From Neodothiora populina (taxonomy: Eukaryota): a stretch of DNA of 64,000 nt. Numbering within the stretch: the stretch's first letter is position 1; each line of letters opens with the position of its first letter. The stretch is from contig NW_027191409.1 in NCBI RefSeq assembly GCF_041146345.1, positions 1,178,001 through 1,242,000 on the forward strand, given 5' to 3'. The notes under the pieces are model-generated. The model had not been told where the DNA came from. It was given only the letters and a program-made list of their open reading frames with translations, and ran no database searches. Positions 23,906 through 38,426 of this stretch are shown in pieces. A program made the position numbers and the translations under genes.

Positions 23906-25591
23906 TCATTGTGTCGCCACTGAGATTCGACAACTCGGCTGGGTTTGCAGTGTTGTGGAATCGAGGTCCCAACCAGCGTGAAGCAATTTCTCGCTCAGCA
24001 ACGCTCGAGCCGAGAGCAAGCTTTCCCACTTCTTAAAAGCCTCAGGGCGTGCTCGGCAGTGCAAGTCGAGTAATGCACAGTACCAAGCCTGTAGTTGGTC
24101 GCGCGAAGTGCATCCGACTTTGAGTAGGATGTATGCGACTATCTCCTCGGTTTCAATGGTATGCATAATATACTTCTCATTCTGACACTGCTTGAGAAGT
24201 GTCAAAAGTTCCTTCTTTCTGACAGTGACAGACTGACCGTTAGCTGAAAATTGCCCCAATTTGGATAGTAACTCCATCGGCGTTGTGCAGATCTTGCAAC
24301 GACCAACCATACTGTTGTTAAAATCCCGCACTATGCTTCCATTTGCAAATATGCGCTCTTTTTTCGACACCTCGACAGGAGATAGAACAATGCCGAAAGC
24401 GAAATAATGGGAAAGTACAATAGTCGCTCTCTGACGGTTGAGGGATTTCATGACAACAGCTCGCACGGCTTTGTGGTTCAACCACAGATGTGCGGAGAGC
24501 AACAGCGACAGGGTCAACCAAGTGGCGAACGGTGTGGTCACTGTCGAAACGACAACGCTCCCCGCGGCCATCCCGAGCAGCGATATCACAGTCTCTTGCG
24601 AGCTGTCTTTTGCGTTCAATTCGGCCATATTGTTGAAGTGAGCGAAATGTGCAGAGAGGCTCGCTTTCGAACTTCCCGCAGCAACACCGCAAAGGGCTCG
24701 CAAGACGCTGCTGCAGCTCAGGACCAATACACGAAGCGTCCGGGGAAAGACTGGTGACAAAGAGTCAAGTATCAGAGCGAAGTCGTTGAAGACATCGGCT
24801 AGCAGCCGAAACATCTTACATTCAGGTTCCAATACGGTTCCTATAGGGTATCAGAATGCGACACATGGATAGTCTCGTATTTGTCGCGCTATTGCTTACC
24901 CAAACGATAAGCGAACAATATTGTGGCAATCCTGCCCATGGATTCCTGCAGGATCGTCAAGAGGATTGCTGCTGTCGGCGATGCGGATGCGTCGCCCACG
25001 CCGACACCTGCTCGTGATGTCTGGGATCAGCGGTACTTTCTACATCGTCCATGTCCGCGTGGCAATACGTGGCAGTTTGTAAAGAGCCGTAGAGGGTCGG
25101 AGGTTAGCTAATCGCTAAAACGCACCTTCAAGGACTGCTCGTGATGCCAGCAGGCCAGCAATTGAACTAGCAAAGGCCTGCAGAGAGTCCTATAGCACCA
25201 TTTCATCAGCATTCGCATAGCCCTTCCATGATCAAAGTCAATGGACATGTATACATAGATTTGATATCTTCAAACGTGGGTCAGTAAAGTCAATTGAAAC
25301 TCATTGGATTGTGATTGCCTATTGCAGACGAACGCACTCCAAATAGTCCTCTGTCACGGAATGAGGGTATCCTGTAGGCAAGAACACCTCGAGGAGTTGC
25401 TTCCATAGACCTTTTGGTTGTTCAGATGGCTAGAAAGCTCTTTAGTGGGCTTGCTGTGGGACCTGTGTGCGTAGTCCTGACAGACTTACAATGACATCTA
25501 TTCTCGCATCGCCCTTGGCCGTGGTGGGCGACTCGACGTACGTCGCGATCACCTTGCCAACTTCATTGGCCTGTGTGATACGCAATGACAT
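23906..25591 (-). CDS. RUS1 family (DUF647, root-UVB-sensitive-like) protein, multi-exon
   Basis: Spliced reading gives VFLPTGYPHSVTEDYLE-YQIY-DSLQAFASSIAGLLASRAVLEG-VGVGD...EPECKMFRLLADVFND...ELNAKDSSQETV; ATG at 25591. Confidence 0.9.
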
Positions 25592-25868
25592 GATATTCGA
25601 ATGAACGTGAACCAGAGGGTGACGGATCTACGGTCTGTAGCAGGTGTAGATGCTTCCAGAGCGTCAAGATGCGAAGCGAAGACGCCGCGCCAAAGTGCAA
25701 GCGGAGCCGAAGAAGCTGCAACTGCATCGCACCTCAAGTGATAATAAAAATGAATCGCGACTTACAGTGCTCGGTAGCTATTGCCACCGAAAGCCATATT
25801 CTGGCATTTTAGATAAAGCTATTTGATACAAACTCGATTTACAGCTAATGTACCTTCGAATGCTAAAC

Positions 25869-27326
25869 TTATTGACCTTCTAGAATTGCCTTGAGCACCT
25901 TGACTTGCTCGAGAACAGAGCTCTTGCTGGTACCCCCAGATGCGCTTCTCATCTCGACGCTCTTCTGGTAGTCAAAGACCTCGAGAATGTCCTTCTCAAA
26001 TCGGGAATCCACGGACTGAAGTTGCTCAAAGGTCAACTTGTCCATGGGAGTGCTCTCTGTCTCAGCAAGCGCAACGACCTGACCAGAGATGTGGTGAGTC
26101 TCGCGGAACGGCACACCCTTGCGCACAAGGTAGTCTGCGAGATCAGTTGCAAGCATATCGGGTGACAAACTTGCGAGCATGTTCTTAGGCTGGATAGCAA
26201 GTGTGGATAGCACACCAGTGGCGATCTGAATGCTGTCGCCAACAGTCTTGACATGGTCAAGCATGGGCTCCACAGACTCTTGCAGATCTTTGTTGTATGT
26301 CGATGGAATACCCTTGATAGTCATCATCAAGCCGCTCATCTGGCCGAAGGCTCTACCGCTCTTGCCACGGATAAGCTCCAAGGAGTCGGGGTTTTTCTTC
26401 TGAGGCATAAGGGAGCTACCTGTGGAGTAGGCATCCGCAAGCTTGACGAAGTTGAACTCACCACTAGAGTAGATGATGAGATCCTCGGCCCATCTGCTCA
26501 AGTGTATCATAAGCATGCTACCCCACTGCATGAACTCTACGACGAAATCACGGTCAGCAACACCTGCCATGGAGTTGTAGATCAATGTCTCGAAACCCAG
26601 CTCCTTGGCCATAGCATCGCGATCAATTCCGAACGGGTTGCCTGCAAGAGCGCCGCAACCAAGCGGGCTCTTGTTGACACGCTTCTTGACTTCGCGGAGA
26701 CGTTGTAGATCGTTGGCAAACGCAAGGCCATAAGACAGCATCCAATGCGACCACCTAATCGGCTGCGCACGTTGTAGATGAGTGTAGCCGGGCATGACAT
26801 GTTCGATCTCTGCCTCGGCGCGGCTGGCGGTGACCTTGAGCAGCTCAACCAAGAAACCCTCAATGTTGTCGAGTTGATCTCTCAGCCATAATCGCATATC
26901 AGTTGCAACCTGCTCGTTCCTGCTTCTGCCAGTATGAAGCTTGCCGGCAATGTTGGTGCCAATGATCTCACCCAATCGACGCTCGTTGGCAGTGTGAATG
27001 TCCTCGTCAACGCCAGGCTTGATGTCGAACTTGTCTGTCCTCCATTCCTCCTCGACAGCCTTGAGTCCTCTCTCAATCTCCGAGAATTCGTCTTCGCTCA
27101 AGATACCGCGATTCTTGTTGCCGCGAGCCCACGCGATAGATCCGCGGATATCCTGAGAGTAGAAAGCGCGGTCAAAATAAATGGACTCGTTATAGGAGAC
27201 CATTATAGGGTCGAGGCCGCCTGTAGATACTGTTAGTCACTAGTCAAGGCTAAATTGCACAAGTGTATGAAGCTCACCAGTGAAGCGACCTCCCCAGAGC
27301 ATGTTCTTTCCTGGAGCCTTTGACAT
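25869..27326 (-). CDS. ARG4: Argininosuccinate lyase, 2 exons
   Basis: MSKAPGKNMLWGGRFT|GGLDP; KLHTGRSRNEQ; MPGYTHLQRAQP; fumarase-family signature GSSLMPQKKNPD. Confidence 0.97.
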
Positions 27327-27426
27327 GATGTGCAATTGATTGAGGAATGTATGAAACCAAGCAGTTGAATTGAATCACGAAGCGAGAAATAGAGGACGAA
27401 CAAGACGATTTACCTCGAGATGCCTT

Positions 27427-27486
27427 TGATAATGGAAAAGTTAGCTATGCGTCACGGGCCTTATCGCTTTGATAGCTGGCTTATCG
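27427..27486. promoter_or_regulatory. Cluster of GATA motifs in the ARG4/VFA1 divergent promoter
   Basis: GATAAT (27427), TTATC (27461), GATAG (27471), TTATC (27481) within 60 bp; a role for an AreA-type GATA factor is inference. Confidence 0.3.
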
Positions 27487-27757
27487 CTGTTGCCGAATTT
27501 ATACCGTGATGTAGCGCAGTCGAGTCCCGGGTCCTTCAAGATGCAACTTGCATTACCAGTCAACCACTAAAACAGACTAGGTAGTATACCACTGCCGACT
27601 TCTCTTATAAAATAGGTCACTGTCTTTAGCTCTGCAGCCACGGATTCATAGCTGTCTCCAGTATCAAGGACGACGAGACTACGTGCAAAAGGAAACTACG
27701 TTGGCAAGGTTATAGTCGTATGTGAATGCGTAGTTTGATATCTGCCTTGCCTACATA

Positions 27758-28374
27758 ATGGAGAACATATGGCATCTGCGTAAGGTCGCCGATACGGCTG
27801 CCAAAGCATGCTATATTTGCTACAAGCCCTCGTCCAGTGTCCTTATCACGCCAGACAACAAGGATTTCTTCTACGTTTGTCCCTCCCACTTGAAAGACAC
27901 CAATTTCTGTACCCCAACAGAGTCCGAAGCTACAGCGATAGCTGAGCGTAAAAAGCAAGAAGAGCTTGATCAGGAGATCGAGAGAGTCAAGCAAGAATAC
28001 GAAGCGAAGATGAAGAAGAAGGAAGCGAAACGCAAGGAAAAGCAGGACAAGAAGGAGAAAGAGGACAAGAAGGGCGACAAGGAAAGCGATGAGAAGGACG
28101 AGAAGGAAAAGGAAGAAAAAATAAAGGCTCTGACGTCCAAGTCGACGTCAGAAACAACATCATCTGCTGAAGTTGGTCCCCGTGTCTTCGCTTTGAAGAA
28201 GTAAGTCGAACTTGTGAATGCAACCCGTGCGAACTGCAATCCCACTAACCTTCTTGCAGGCACTTCTATCAAATGCGCTTGGAAAAGATGCGGAACGCCG
28301 AAATCGCGAAGCGCAATCGTGATCGTCTTCGCAATCCGTCTCTTTTTCCTTCGGTCCCCAGTGGCAATCCTTGA
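27758..28374 (+). CDS. VFA1: Vps4-associated protein 1 (Vfa1, DUF1742), 2 exons
   Basis: CYICYKPSSSVLITPDNKDFFYVCPSHLKD Cys/His motif; Lys/Glu-rich coil; PRVFAL..FYQMRL; ends LFPSVPSGNP-TGA after a GTAAGT..CTAAC..CAG intron. Confidence 0.88.
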
Positions 28375-30221
28375 AGCTGTGATGAGAGCCTGTACTACGA
28401 AGACCATCCTTCATGCGATGTGCACGCAAGGTTTCTGTTGTACTTCCAGCCATTGTTGTAACAGAATCCCTGGTTCTTCACTCATCACTCTATGCCCTTC
28501 ACGCCGAGCAGGCACCGAGCGACAGCAGCGAAGCATTTCACGTGCACGCCTTCGGGGATTTGCACCTGTTAAGTCACCATACCGCGTTATGCGACGGTCA
28601 GGCCACAGACCGCGTCACCTAACCTGACTCCTACATCATGGTGCAAACCGAGGCAGCAAGTCAAAAAGGGTGTTGACAATCGCCCACTCGGACAAGTCAC
28701 CGATAAAGCATTTCATGAAAGCCCGGCAGTGCGCCGTCGCCGCTCCATGCCCCTGTAAAGTACTGTAGTTCGAGACAGCCCGCGGCGTCGGCGTCCCCAC
28801 AGTCGATCCATCTTGCCCTCGTGCTCCATACCACACAGGGCGCAGATAGACAATTACCAATCAATACCACACACGACCCTACCACATTTGAACCATCCTC
28901 CTCTCAGCCAATCTCAGCAATCCAAACAGGATAGTCAAACGATACCTCCGTACATGGCAACGTGATACATGAAATATACAATATTGACAATGCGTCCGAA
29001 GCGATCCGAAAACAATCAAATCCCGCCCCCGCCCCCCCAGCTGACCTCACAGGGCGCACTTTAGGGCAAATCATCAGCGAACCCAAGGGTTTGGTGAACA
29101 ATGTCAGCACTAAAACAAAATCCATCTTACTTTACCCACAGCTGGTAGAGAAAAACACAAAAACATTGCTCGGCGCGGAGAAAGTCATTGGCTGTGCCAT
29201 GTGTTCCTTGTATCGGAGATTTTGTTTTGTTTTTAGATCCCTCGAAAAGGGTTGCGTCGCTCCTTCGAACGTGGCACAATTCCTGGAGCATGTCGCACGA
29301 CAGGTGGTGGTGGGCCGCCTGATCGACCTACCTTACTGAACTTTACCCACGCAAAGTAGTAGTGGTACCTCGCCACAAACATGGGGATCTCCACTCTACC
29401 AGAAACAAGTTCAGATGCATCACTCCTTCTTGATCCCTAGTAGCCGCCTATGATTTCCTCGGCGTCGCAAGGATCATCAATCGAGCGGCCCTTTTGGGCC
29501 TAAAGAAGTAGGTGGTATCGTGGTACCAGACACTCCTTCTGACGGGGCCTTCGCATTCGCGATGAGCTGAATTATGGACATGGAAGGTGTAGCCGGAAAG
29601 CGCTATCACGGATACTTCCCGATCGTCTTGAAGAGCCACTGTGAATTCGCTTGCGACAGGTTGCCAAACAGTACTAGTCCCTCGCGAAAGAGAAAAATGT
29701 TAGGTTGAATTTTTGTTATGTCCCGGAATCGTGAGCCAGCCACGACAAGGCCTATTCGAAGAGCCATAATGTCCAACGCGCGAGGACCCGAGAAAAGATA
29801 TGAGACGAGAGACCTCTTTTGCATGGGTTCTCAAGGCTGCAGCAAGTAACATGTAGACATCAAAGTACAGCTTTTGTGGGGTTCGCATCCAGAGTAGCTG
29901 CGATCCATCTGACGGGTTGGTATACCAATAATCCTCCGGTTGCGCCTTTCAATGCTCAGGTAGCCCGATCGGCCACGCTCTCCCCCATGCATGTAGTGAA
30001 TCTAAGAAAAGAAAACGCCAGAAGATCTTTTGGTCAACGGAAACGAAAAAAAGCTTGAAAGAAGGAAAAGTGAAGAGAAGAAAATGGTATAGGTAGCAAT
30101 GGAAATCGCGGTCGTGACATCATCGTGAACCAAAGACAGCGGCAATCCAGCAAAAGAGAGCAGCCGTTGGATGGCACAGGTCGACAATTAGTCTCATCTC
30201 AGTGTACTCATAATATCGACC

Positions 30222-32722
30222 TCACTTTTCAGCGTTCCCAGCCATGAATTCGGGGTTTCCGGAGGCAGCGCCGCCACATTCGTGGCTGCCAGCTAGAGAG
30301 TTTGACGGTGGTTGCGTCGCCATCACAACGCTGTTCCGAGCACCAATGACCGATATTGAGGGGGTCATTACTGGCGCCGCAGTGTTACTGATAGCCACCA
30401 TTTGAGAAGCGCGCTCTGCCATTGTCTGCGGCAAAGGTTCATCCCGGACGCAGACGTTTTCGAGCATGTTGGTCCATTTCCCGCTGAGTCCTCCATGACT
30501 ATGCTTGAGGTGTTGGCGGAAATGGTCAGCACGGAAGAACTTCTTAGCCTGGTTGCATTCGCCAAACTTGTGGTCGTGGCATGCATGATCGCGTCGTCTG
30601 GTCCAGTCTGCCGGGTTTTCGAACTCTGCACCACAGAAGCCGCAGATGTCGGTAGCCCCGTTATTGCTGGTAGATGGATGGAAGACATTCTCGACGTTAG
30701 GGAGAGCCGCACAAGACCAGGAATGCTTTCGCAGATGCAGTGAGTTTTGATGACGCTCCGCTTCGTTCTTGTTCTTGAAGCGGTTCGGACAATATGCACA
30801 AGTGTATTGTTTTTCCATCAAGTGTGCTCTGGACAATGAATTAGTCATCTGCAAGAAATGTACGGACATAATCAGATTTTACCTCAGCTCCTCTTGTGTG
30901 GAAAACTTCTTGGGTTTCTTGGGGCAGCATTCGCACATCAACATGCCCTGCGCATTCGGTATGCCTGCAGGTAAGCCACTCTGTCGAGGTTGCGCCGCGT
31001 CCAAGGAGGCCGGTGGGGGGTTATTTGACATGGCCTCGGCGACCAATGGTTGCTGTGTCAACATTCCCACCACCTGGCCGGGGCTAGGCTGGAATGGCGG
31101 TTTGCTGCTTAGATAGGACATGTTGCCTAATTCTGGATCTATCGCTGGGGATATTGCACCCGGTGAGAGCCTGCCGGAAGTATAGCTCGTAGCACTACTA
31201 GCGACAGAGAGATTGTACGAGGATGCCATCGACCCATTTCGTGGACCGTACGAAGAAGCCGAGGAGACGGAGCCGTGGTTGGGCATGTACTTAGACACAG
31301 ACGAATTACGACTAGGAAATTGCTGCAGGGACCGGCGCGTATACAGATCACTTCCTCCTGGTGCGCTACTCACGGAAGTTCTCTCCTCGCGTGCAGACTC
31401 TCTGTGAGGTGAAGATGCGCGTCTCTTCATTCCCACTTTAGGCTGATAATCATCAGAGAAAGACGGACTTCTGTCATTTATGTTAAGCTCCTTCATCTGA
31501 CCCTCGTCCATTGGGGAACCGTCATGGATGAACATAGCCTGATCGTAGCTGCTCCGATGCGACGCGTTGTCGTCAGATGGAAAACTGGGGTGGCGATGTG
31601 CTGAGGGCCGGTTATTCTCCGGATCAAAGCCAGGGTTCCGGAATGGTCCCGGCGAAGCATTTCCAGGAGTACCAATATGGGGAGCCCACCTGTGCGAAGC
31701 GTCGAAACTCGGATGTCGTCTCTCCGATGCTGAAGAAGTGGACAGATGCCTGTTGTGTTCTGCTCTGGCCTCCGAGCTTGGAGAGACTGCTTGATTGTCT
31801 AGTCCATGAACAGATATAGAAAGACGATTAGGGGTGTTGGGTCCGCCTATCTTGGACAGCAAATTCCGGTCATATGCTTGAGACGAGTTGTCGAGTGATC
31901 TCTGTTCCAACTGTCTTTCACTTTGCAGTCTACACGATAATCAGTCAATGAGATTTGGCAGGTGAGCTGTAAAATTCAAGGGCCGATAGCACACTCGGTC
32001 TGCCACCAATTTCAAATGCAAAGGCAAAAAAACCAAGATTTATGCAGAGAATGTGTATCATCGGAGTGCACTGAACAATTGCTGAATTCGTGACGCAAGC
32101 ACGTTCCTGGCGTTTTCTTTGTCCCTGAACGATCACCCACAACCATGACATCGTTGGGTGATGAAACCGCATCCGAAATGACAGGGTAGTTTTGTAGATA
32201 ATGAAAAAGGAGAACAGAGACGCAAACGTACCTATAATTTTGAGGCATGCAGCTAGCATCCTCCTTGTCACTTGAGACATGGGCTTCGTGCATCGACTCG
32301 GATGCGCCGTGAGGCGGAATTATCGTCGAAATAGAACTGCCCCTCCTCACTGGGTCTATCTCGATGTCATCTGCATGCTCGTCGCTGACTGCTCTTGCAC
32401 CTTGGGCCGACTTCTTGCCTCCTAACAGACTCGAACCTGCCTTGATTGGAGCATGGCCAGAGGCTTCCTTGTAGTGTTGGTTCAGGTAGTCCTTGTTGAA
32501 CCAATCCCAGGGCTTGTGGTGGCCAGGACTAGGATCGTCGAGGTCGGGATGCTGAGGTGGAGGCAGTGGAGGCGGAACAGGAGGGTCTCGAGGTGCATTC
32601 GGAATGGCCATCGGCGACGCCGGCGAGCGCGAAGGAAAGGTAGGTGAATATTGCTCGGGGCCAGCTTTTGCGTAACGTTGATGGTGGGATATCTTGATTG
32701 AAGGGGTTGAATTTGAGTCCAT
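30222..32722 (-). CDS. nsdC: C2H2 zinc-finger transcription factor, NsdC-like, 3 exons
   Basis: CECCPKKPKKF..EELRAH..KQYTCAYCPNRFKNKNEAERHQNSLH..HSWSC and CGFC..H..HKFGECNQAKKFFRADHFRQHLKHSH. C2H2 factor is certain; nsdC orthology rests on recalled similarity. Confidence 0.75.
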
Positions 32723-34704
32723 CGTCCTCGTGGCAGTACCCTCGCCAAGCTGAACTAAACAAACGAACCCTCAAAAGTCCTCCCTCTTAGTGCTTGACAG
32801 TGGCAACTGCCGTATCGAGGCGAGCGAGGATCAAGCGCTTCTGGCGGCGGCGGGACTTCCTGAAATCTCGACTGCGCAACAGGCGATCGCGGGCGAAGAA
32901 AAGTAAGCTTGAGGCCTGCAACTGTGGATTCACCTTTTCGTCTGCGGAGGAATAGCGGGCACGTTCACGGAAGAGCAGGTCTCTCTCGCGTGAAATGGGT
33001 AAGATGTATCAGCCCTATGTAGAAGGAGAAACGAGCGGCATGATGGGCAATTACAGTATCAAGTGGACTACAGGTAATCACTAGGGTGGACAGCGATAAC
33101 AGCAACCCCCCCAGCACACAAGATGCGCTGACCACCTTTGCACCGCCCTCCTACCCTGTTCAAGGCAAGCGGATGATTGACGATCAGGGTAGCAATAATA
33201 AAGTCGAAGTCTGGCCTAGGCCGCTTTCATTCCTGTAACCATGTTGCAAACAATAGAGGTGCCGCTAAATTACTACAAGGCTGGCCTAGCCTTTCTAGAA
33301 GCTGTGTCTTGACCTGCAGTGGTTCTGCCGCCTGTCGTGGTGCTACTAGAGAACACCGCTAAAATTTTAGGGTCGGCTGCCTATACCCGTAACGCAATTA
33401 TCCCCACGACGGGTCTTCCTTCGATGTCTGTTTCGCGATCCTTATTCTTGGTATGAGGATCTGAGCGAGTACACACCTCGTTACTACCGTCATGATGATG
33501 AAGACCAGCCATATGCATGAAGGAACTACGGCTTATACGGAGTACAGGGTACCGTAGTACTGAGGTCCTCAGAAAAGCGGCAAAGGATCGTGATTGCTTG
33601 GCCGAGTCATCGTACCTGAGTCGGCGATGGGACGATTGTGGTGCAGCAGGGCAGCGTGAAGAATGGCCCCACATTGCTGTACATTGCAAAAGTCGACACT
33701 CGGTGATTTGCAACTTGGCAATTTTGTTGTGCCTGGTCTGACAGAGTACTGTATGACCTCGGCGCGAGACAGGAGACAGTGCGTACAGACCTGTCTGTAC
33801 ATGCAGCGAACAAGCTTACTACCAAGATGCTTGTGTCCGTAAGGATCGCTCAGATGCACTGCGATGCATGCTGTCAGCTCGTAAAGGCAGCAGGAGCTCC
33901 ACATCTACTGTACTTTCAGCCCGATCTCATTAGTTCTCCTGACTCCAGTGCTAATCGCTTTGTACGACAACTCACCCAAGAAAGGTGGAATCCAACACCA
34001 GATGATAGCCAAGTCCTGTGAATCCAATCCTTGTGTCCAGTGCTCGCTTACAAGCTCCTATATCTACATGCAACAAGCTTTGCTGTGCCTGTAAGCGCTG
34101 CAAGCGATTATCACAATCCCGCAATCCCACAATAGCACAACCAGAGTTACTGCTTAATCTACGACAATGTCCGAGTCATAGACTACTGTCAGGCGGTCTA
34201 CCCTAAGGTAGGTAACATAGTACGGGGAAGCGAAGATCAAGGAGAAAATACTGCTGGATTCGCTGCCTCTGAACCACACTCTCACACGTGTCCTGAGCCG
34301 TACCAAGATTTGTATTGGACGCAAGCTCAGGCCAGCGTACCTGTTGATAGGGTGGGTAGCTATACAGTAGGTAACCTTGTAAGTGGTAATGTATCGGCTT
34401 TAGCTAGGTACCTAGGAAACAAGGCAATGATTTCGAGACCCTTAAGCCGAAGTCGCCGCTAATGTGGGGTGGTGGATACTACTGCATGCAAACTTTAGCA
34501 GCCAATCCTATAGCACCAAGCCGAGGCTCGTTCGTGTGATCCGTAATATTGTACAGTCTTTCAGCTACCGTGAATCGACTTGCTGTATACGGCATTGAGC
34601 ATCTCCGCGCAAGCTCATGCGACCTTGGATCTCGGAACCAGCCTTCGAACCCTGCTGACTTGAGAAGAACATTATTGGATTCATTGCAGTAAGCAGGATC
34701 TATC

Positions 34705-36181
34705 ATGTCTTTGCTAGACAAGATACCTGGTGAGCTACAGCTCTACATTGGAGGGTGCGTGGCCAACAAAAAAACACGATGAAGCATTGTGGCGGCTTTT
34801 GGATTAAGTGAGTGTTCTTTTTCTGATGCACCTTCCAGACTCTTCACGGTTCGTCGGAAGGCGCAGCTGCAGGAAGCCAACATCACGCACATTCTTTCGG
34901 TACTCCGTCTACCCCTAGATCAAGAGTTGTTCGAAGGATTTCAGCATCATGTCGTAGAGGTAGATGACGTGGATGATGAAAATCTACTCGAGCACTTTCC
35001 AGAGACGAATAAGTTTATCGAGGATGGCCTCACCTCTGGCGGGGGAGTCCTTGTGCACTGGTAAGCAGTTTTCGCCACGAGTTTTTCTTCTACTGTTTCT
35101 TGCATCACTTCAATCAATAAAAACAAGGTGCCCTAATGATCTCAACACCGAGTTCACATGATGTTCAATGATGCATTCGCGTTCTCCTTTTCAACATTAT
35201 TCGGTAGGGGGTGGTCCCGGCCAGTGACTTCTTTCACTCTCAGTTGGGACTACTGATCCTTGATGCACCTTCTATCCAGCCATGTCCCAAAGCGACGGAG
35301 CAAGGGCGAAGAGATCATTGACGAATCTCCCAGTGCCATGGGAAAATCCCGCTCCGCGACATGCGCCATAGCATACTTGATGCACAGATACAAGATCACG
35401 CCGACCGAGGCACTAGAGCAGATACGACAGAGCAGACCACTATGCGAACCCAATGAGGGGTTCATGAAGCAACTGGAACTCTATCACGAGATGCAAATGC
35501 CTATTGACATAGCCGGCAACACAATCTATCAACGGTGGTTGTATCAACGAGAAGTCGAGATGAGTCGTGCATGCGGCCAAGCCCCCGAAGCCGAAAAGAT
35601 CCGTTTCGAAGACGAGCACGTGTCTGACAAGGAAGAAGGCGGGTTCACTCTCAAATGCAAGAAATGCCGGTGAGTCTGCCAAAAACAAAACCAATCTCCT
35701 GTTCTGGCCTTTTTTCTGCCTGTGATTCGCGTAAGGGAGAAAGCAGGAGAGCGGCCTTGATTCACATCCACCTTTTCTGACCCGTTGTCGCAGCGGCTCT
35801 CTCGCTACATCTCAATTTATTCTCCCGCACTCCCCACTCGTCTCGCACAGACGATTTCAGCCAATCGACAACGTTGCAAGCGCGGCTCAAACATCCCCGG
35901 ACTGCGCCCACTACTTTGTAGATCCACTCTCCTGGATGCGGCCTGAGCTCGAGCTGGGCAAACTCGACGGCCGCCTTGAGTGTCCCAAATGCAAAACCAA
36001 CGTCGGCAAGTACGCCTGGCAAGGCATGCGCTGCAGTTGCGGGGAGTGGGTCATCCCAGCCATCACGCTAGCGAAGGCGAGGATCGATGAGTTCAAGGCC
36101 ATCAAGGCCAGGCCGGGTCAAATGGGCATCCGAATGCCGCCTGGTATGGCCACGAGGGGTCCTGGCGGGGAGAACTTATGA
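34705..36181 (+). CDS. YVH1: Dual-specificity phosphatase Yvh1/DUSP12 with C-terminal zinc-binding domain, 4 exons
   Basis: MSLLDKIPGELQLYIGG|LF; P-loop VLVHC|AMGKSRS split by intron 35061-35333; EPNEGFMKQL; CKKCR, CAHYF, LECPKC, CSCGEW. Confidence 0.93.
35125..35271 (+). ncRNA. Candidate intronic structured RNA (box C/D snoRNA-like) in YVH1 intron 2
   Basis: Terminal stem AAGGTGC/GCACCTT; imperfect C-box-like ATGATG motifs at 35158 and 35168; CTGA at 35253; 11-bp hairpin 35211-35253. Confidence 0.35.
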
Positions 36182-36865
36182 AAACGTTCTTCTTCTGCAG
36201 CAGCCGGGCAGCAGTGATACTGCGTATGTAGATGGCTTCCCGAAAAAGCACCTCGATGTACACGGCTAGCTTCATCAAGTGTGTTTACTGTAGACACTTG
36301 TGCCTGTGCTCTGTGCGCTGATATTGAATATTCTTTCGATGGAAATTCAAGCATGATCGACCTCTCTTTGCGCTTAACGCGTTCCTGCCTGAAGTGGCAG
36401 AGACAAGCTTGACCCACAATACGCAAGATGCAGGATGCTGCTTCCCCTCATTCCATCACGTAAGGCAGGACAAGCCACCTAATGCAAGAGAGAAGAGGCA
36501 GATTGTGCTAGCGCCGACCAATCACCTATTCATCAACGAGAAAGATATTGGAAGACATTTATCAATAATTGCCGTCACAACTTTCAAGTCTTGTAAGGCT
36601 GCCTACGTTGTTGGCGTAAAGCGTATGGAACGTGCTTCGAGCGCCGTGACGGAAAAACCGATGCACGAACTTGATATTGCTACATATCAGCAATATATGC
36701 TCACGTTTGCAGACAGTTTGAACAATATAAGAGTGGATCTTTGCGATTCATAATGGTATCGTTAAAAAAAGACATGCGATGCATGCACGCAGCTCGCCCC
36801 GTGAAACTCCAATGCGCCCATGATGTGATTTTGGTGGTTGAACGATTTCGGCCATCGATCGCATT

Positions 36866-38042
<1,177 letters not shown>

Positions 38043-38426
38043 GTTGGATGGCGAATTGATCGCGATTCAGGTATGGGTTTGAATGCTGTGTGTCGTGGAA
38101 AAAGAAATGTGGTATTATCAAAGGACGTTGGCCTTTGGTCCCTTGTCCGGCGTGAAATACAACTTGTAATCCGGCTGTGACGATCCGAGTGATAACGCTT
38201 TAGGCTCGGAAGGGCCGAGGAGAGTGAGCCGACGATGCCGCGGTTCCAACTTATACAGATATCAAAGAAGTCATGAGAATTACGGGAGTCAGAATCAATA
38301 TTCGAGGAATTGTCATCGAGCACCTCGGCCTTATAAGTTCACACCTTGCGACTAGTGATTAGCAAACAAAGTAAGGCAAATTATTGCCGGGTCAAGAATG
38401 GACAGAGTCGGAGGCAATGTGTTATA

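Noticed and set aside
33492..33563. ATGATGA...CTGA pattern resembling a box C/D snoRNA
   Set aside because: No terminal stem and no rRNA-complementary guide that I could identify; such box pairs occur by chance.
35061..35333. TPP riboswitch, SECIS or stwintron explanations for the YVH1 intron
   Set aside because: Lacks the TPP aptamer core motifs; both acceptors give Cys codons rather than TGA; excising the inner intron does not rebuild a GT donor.
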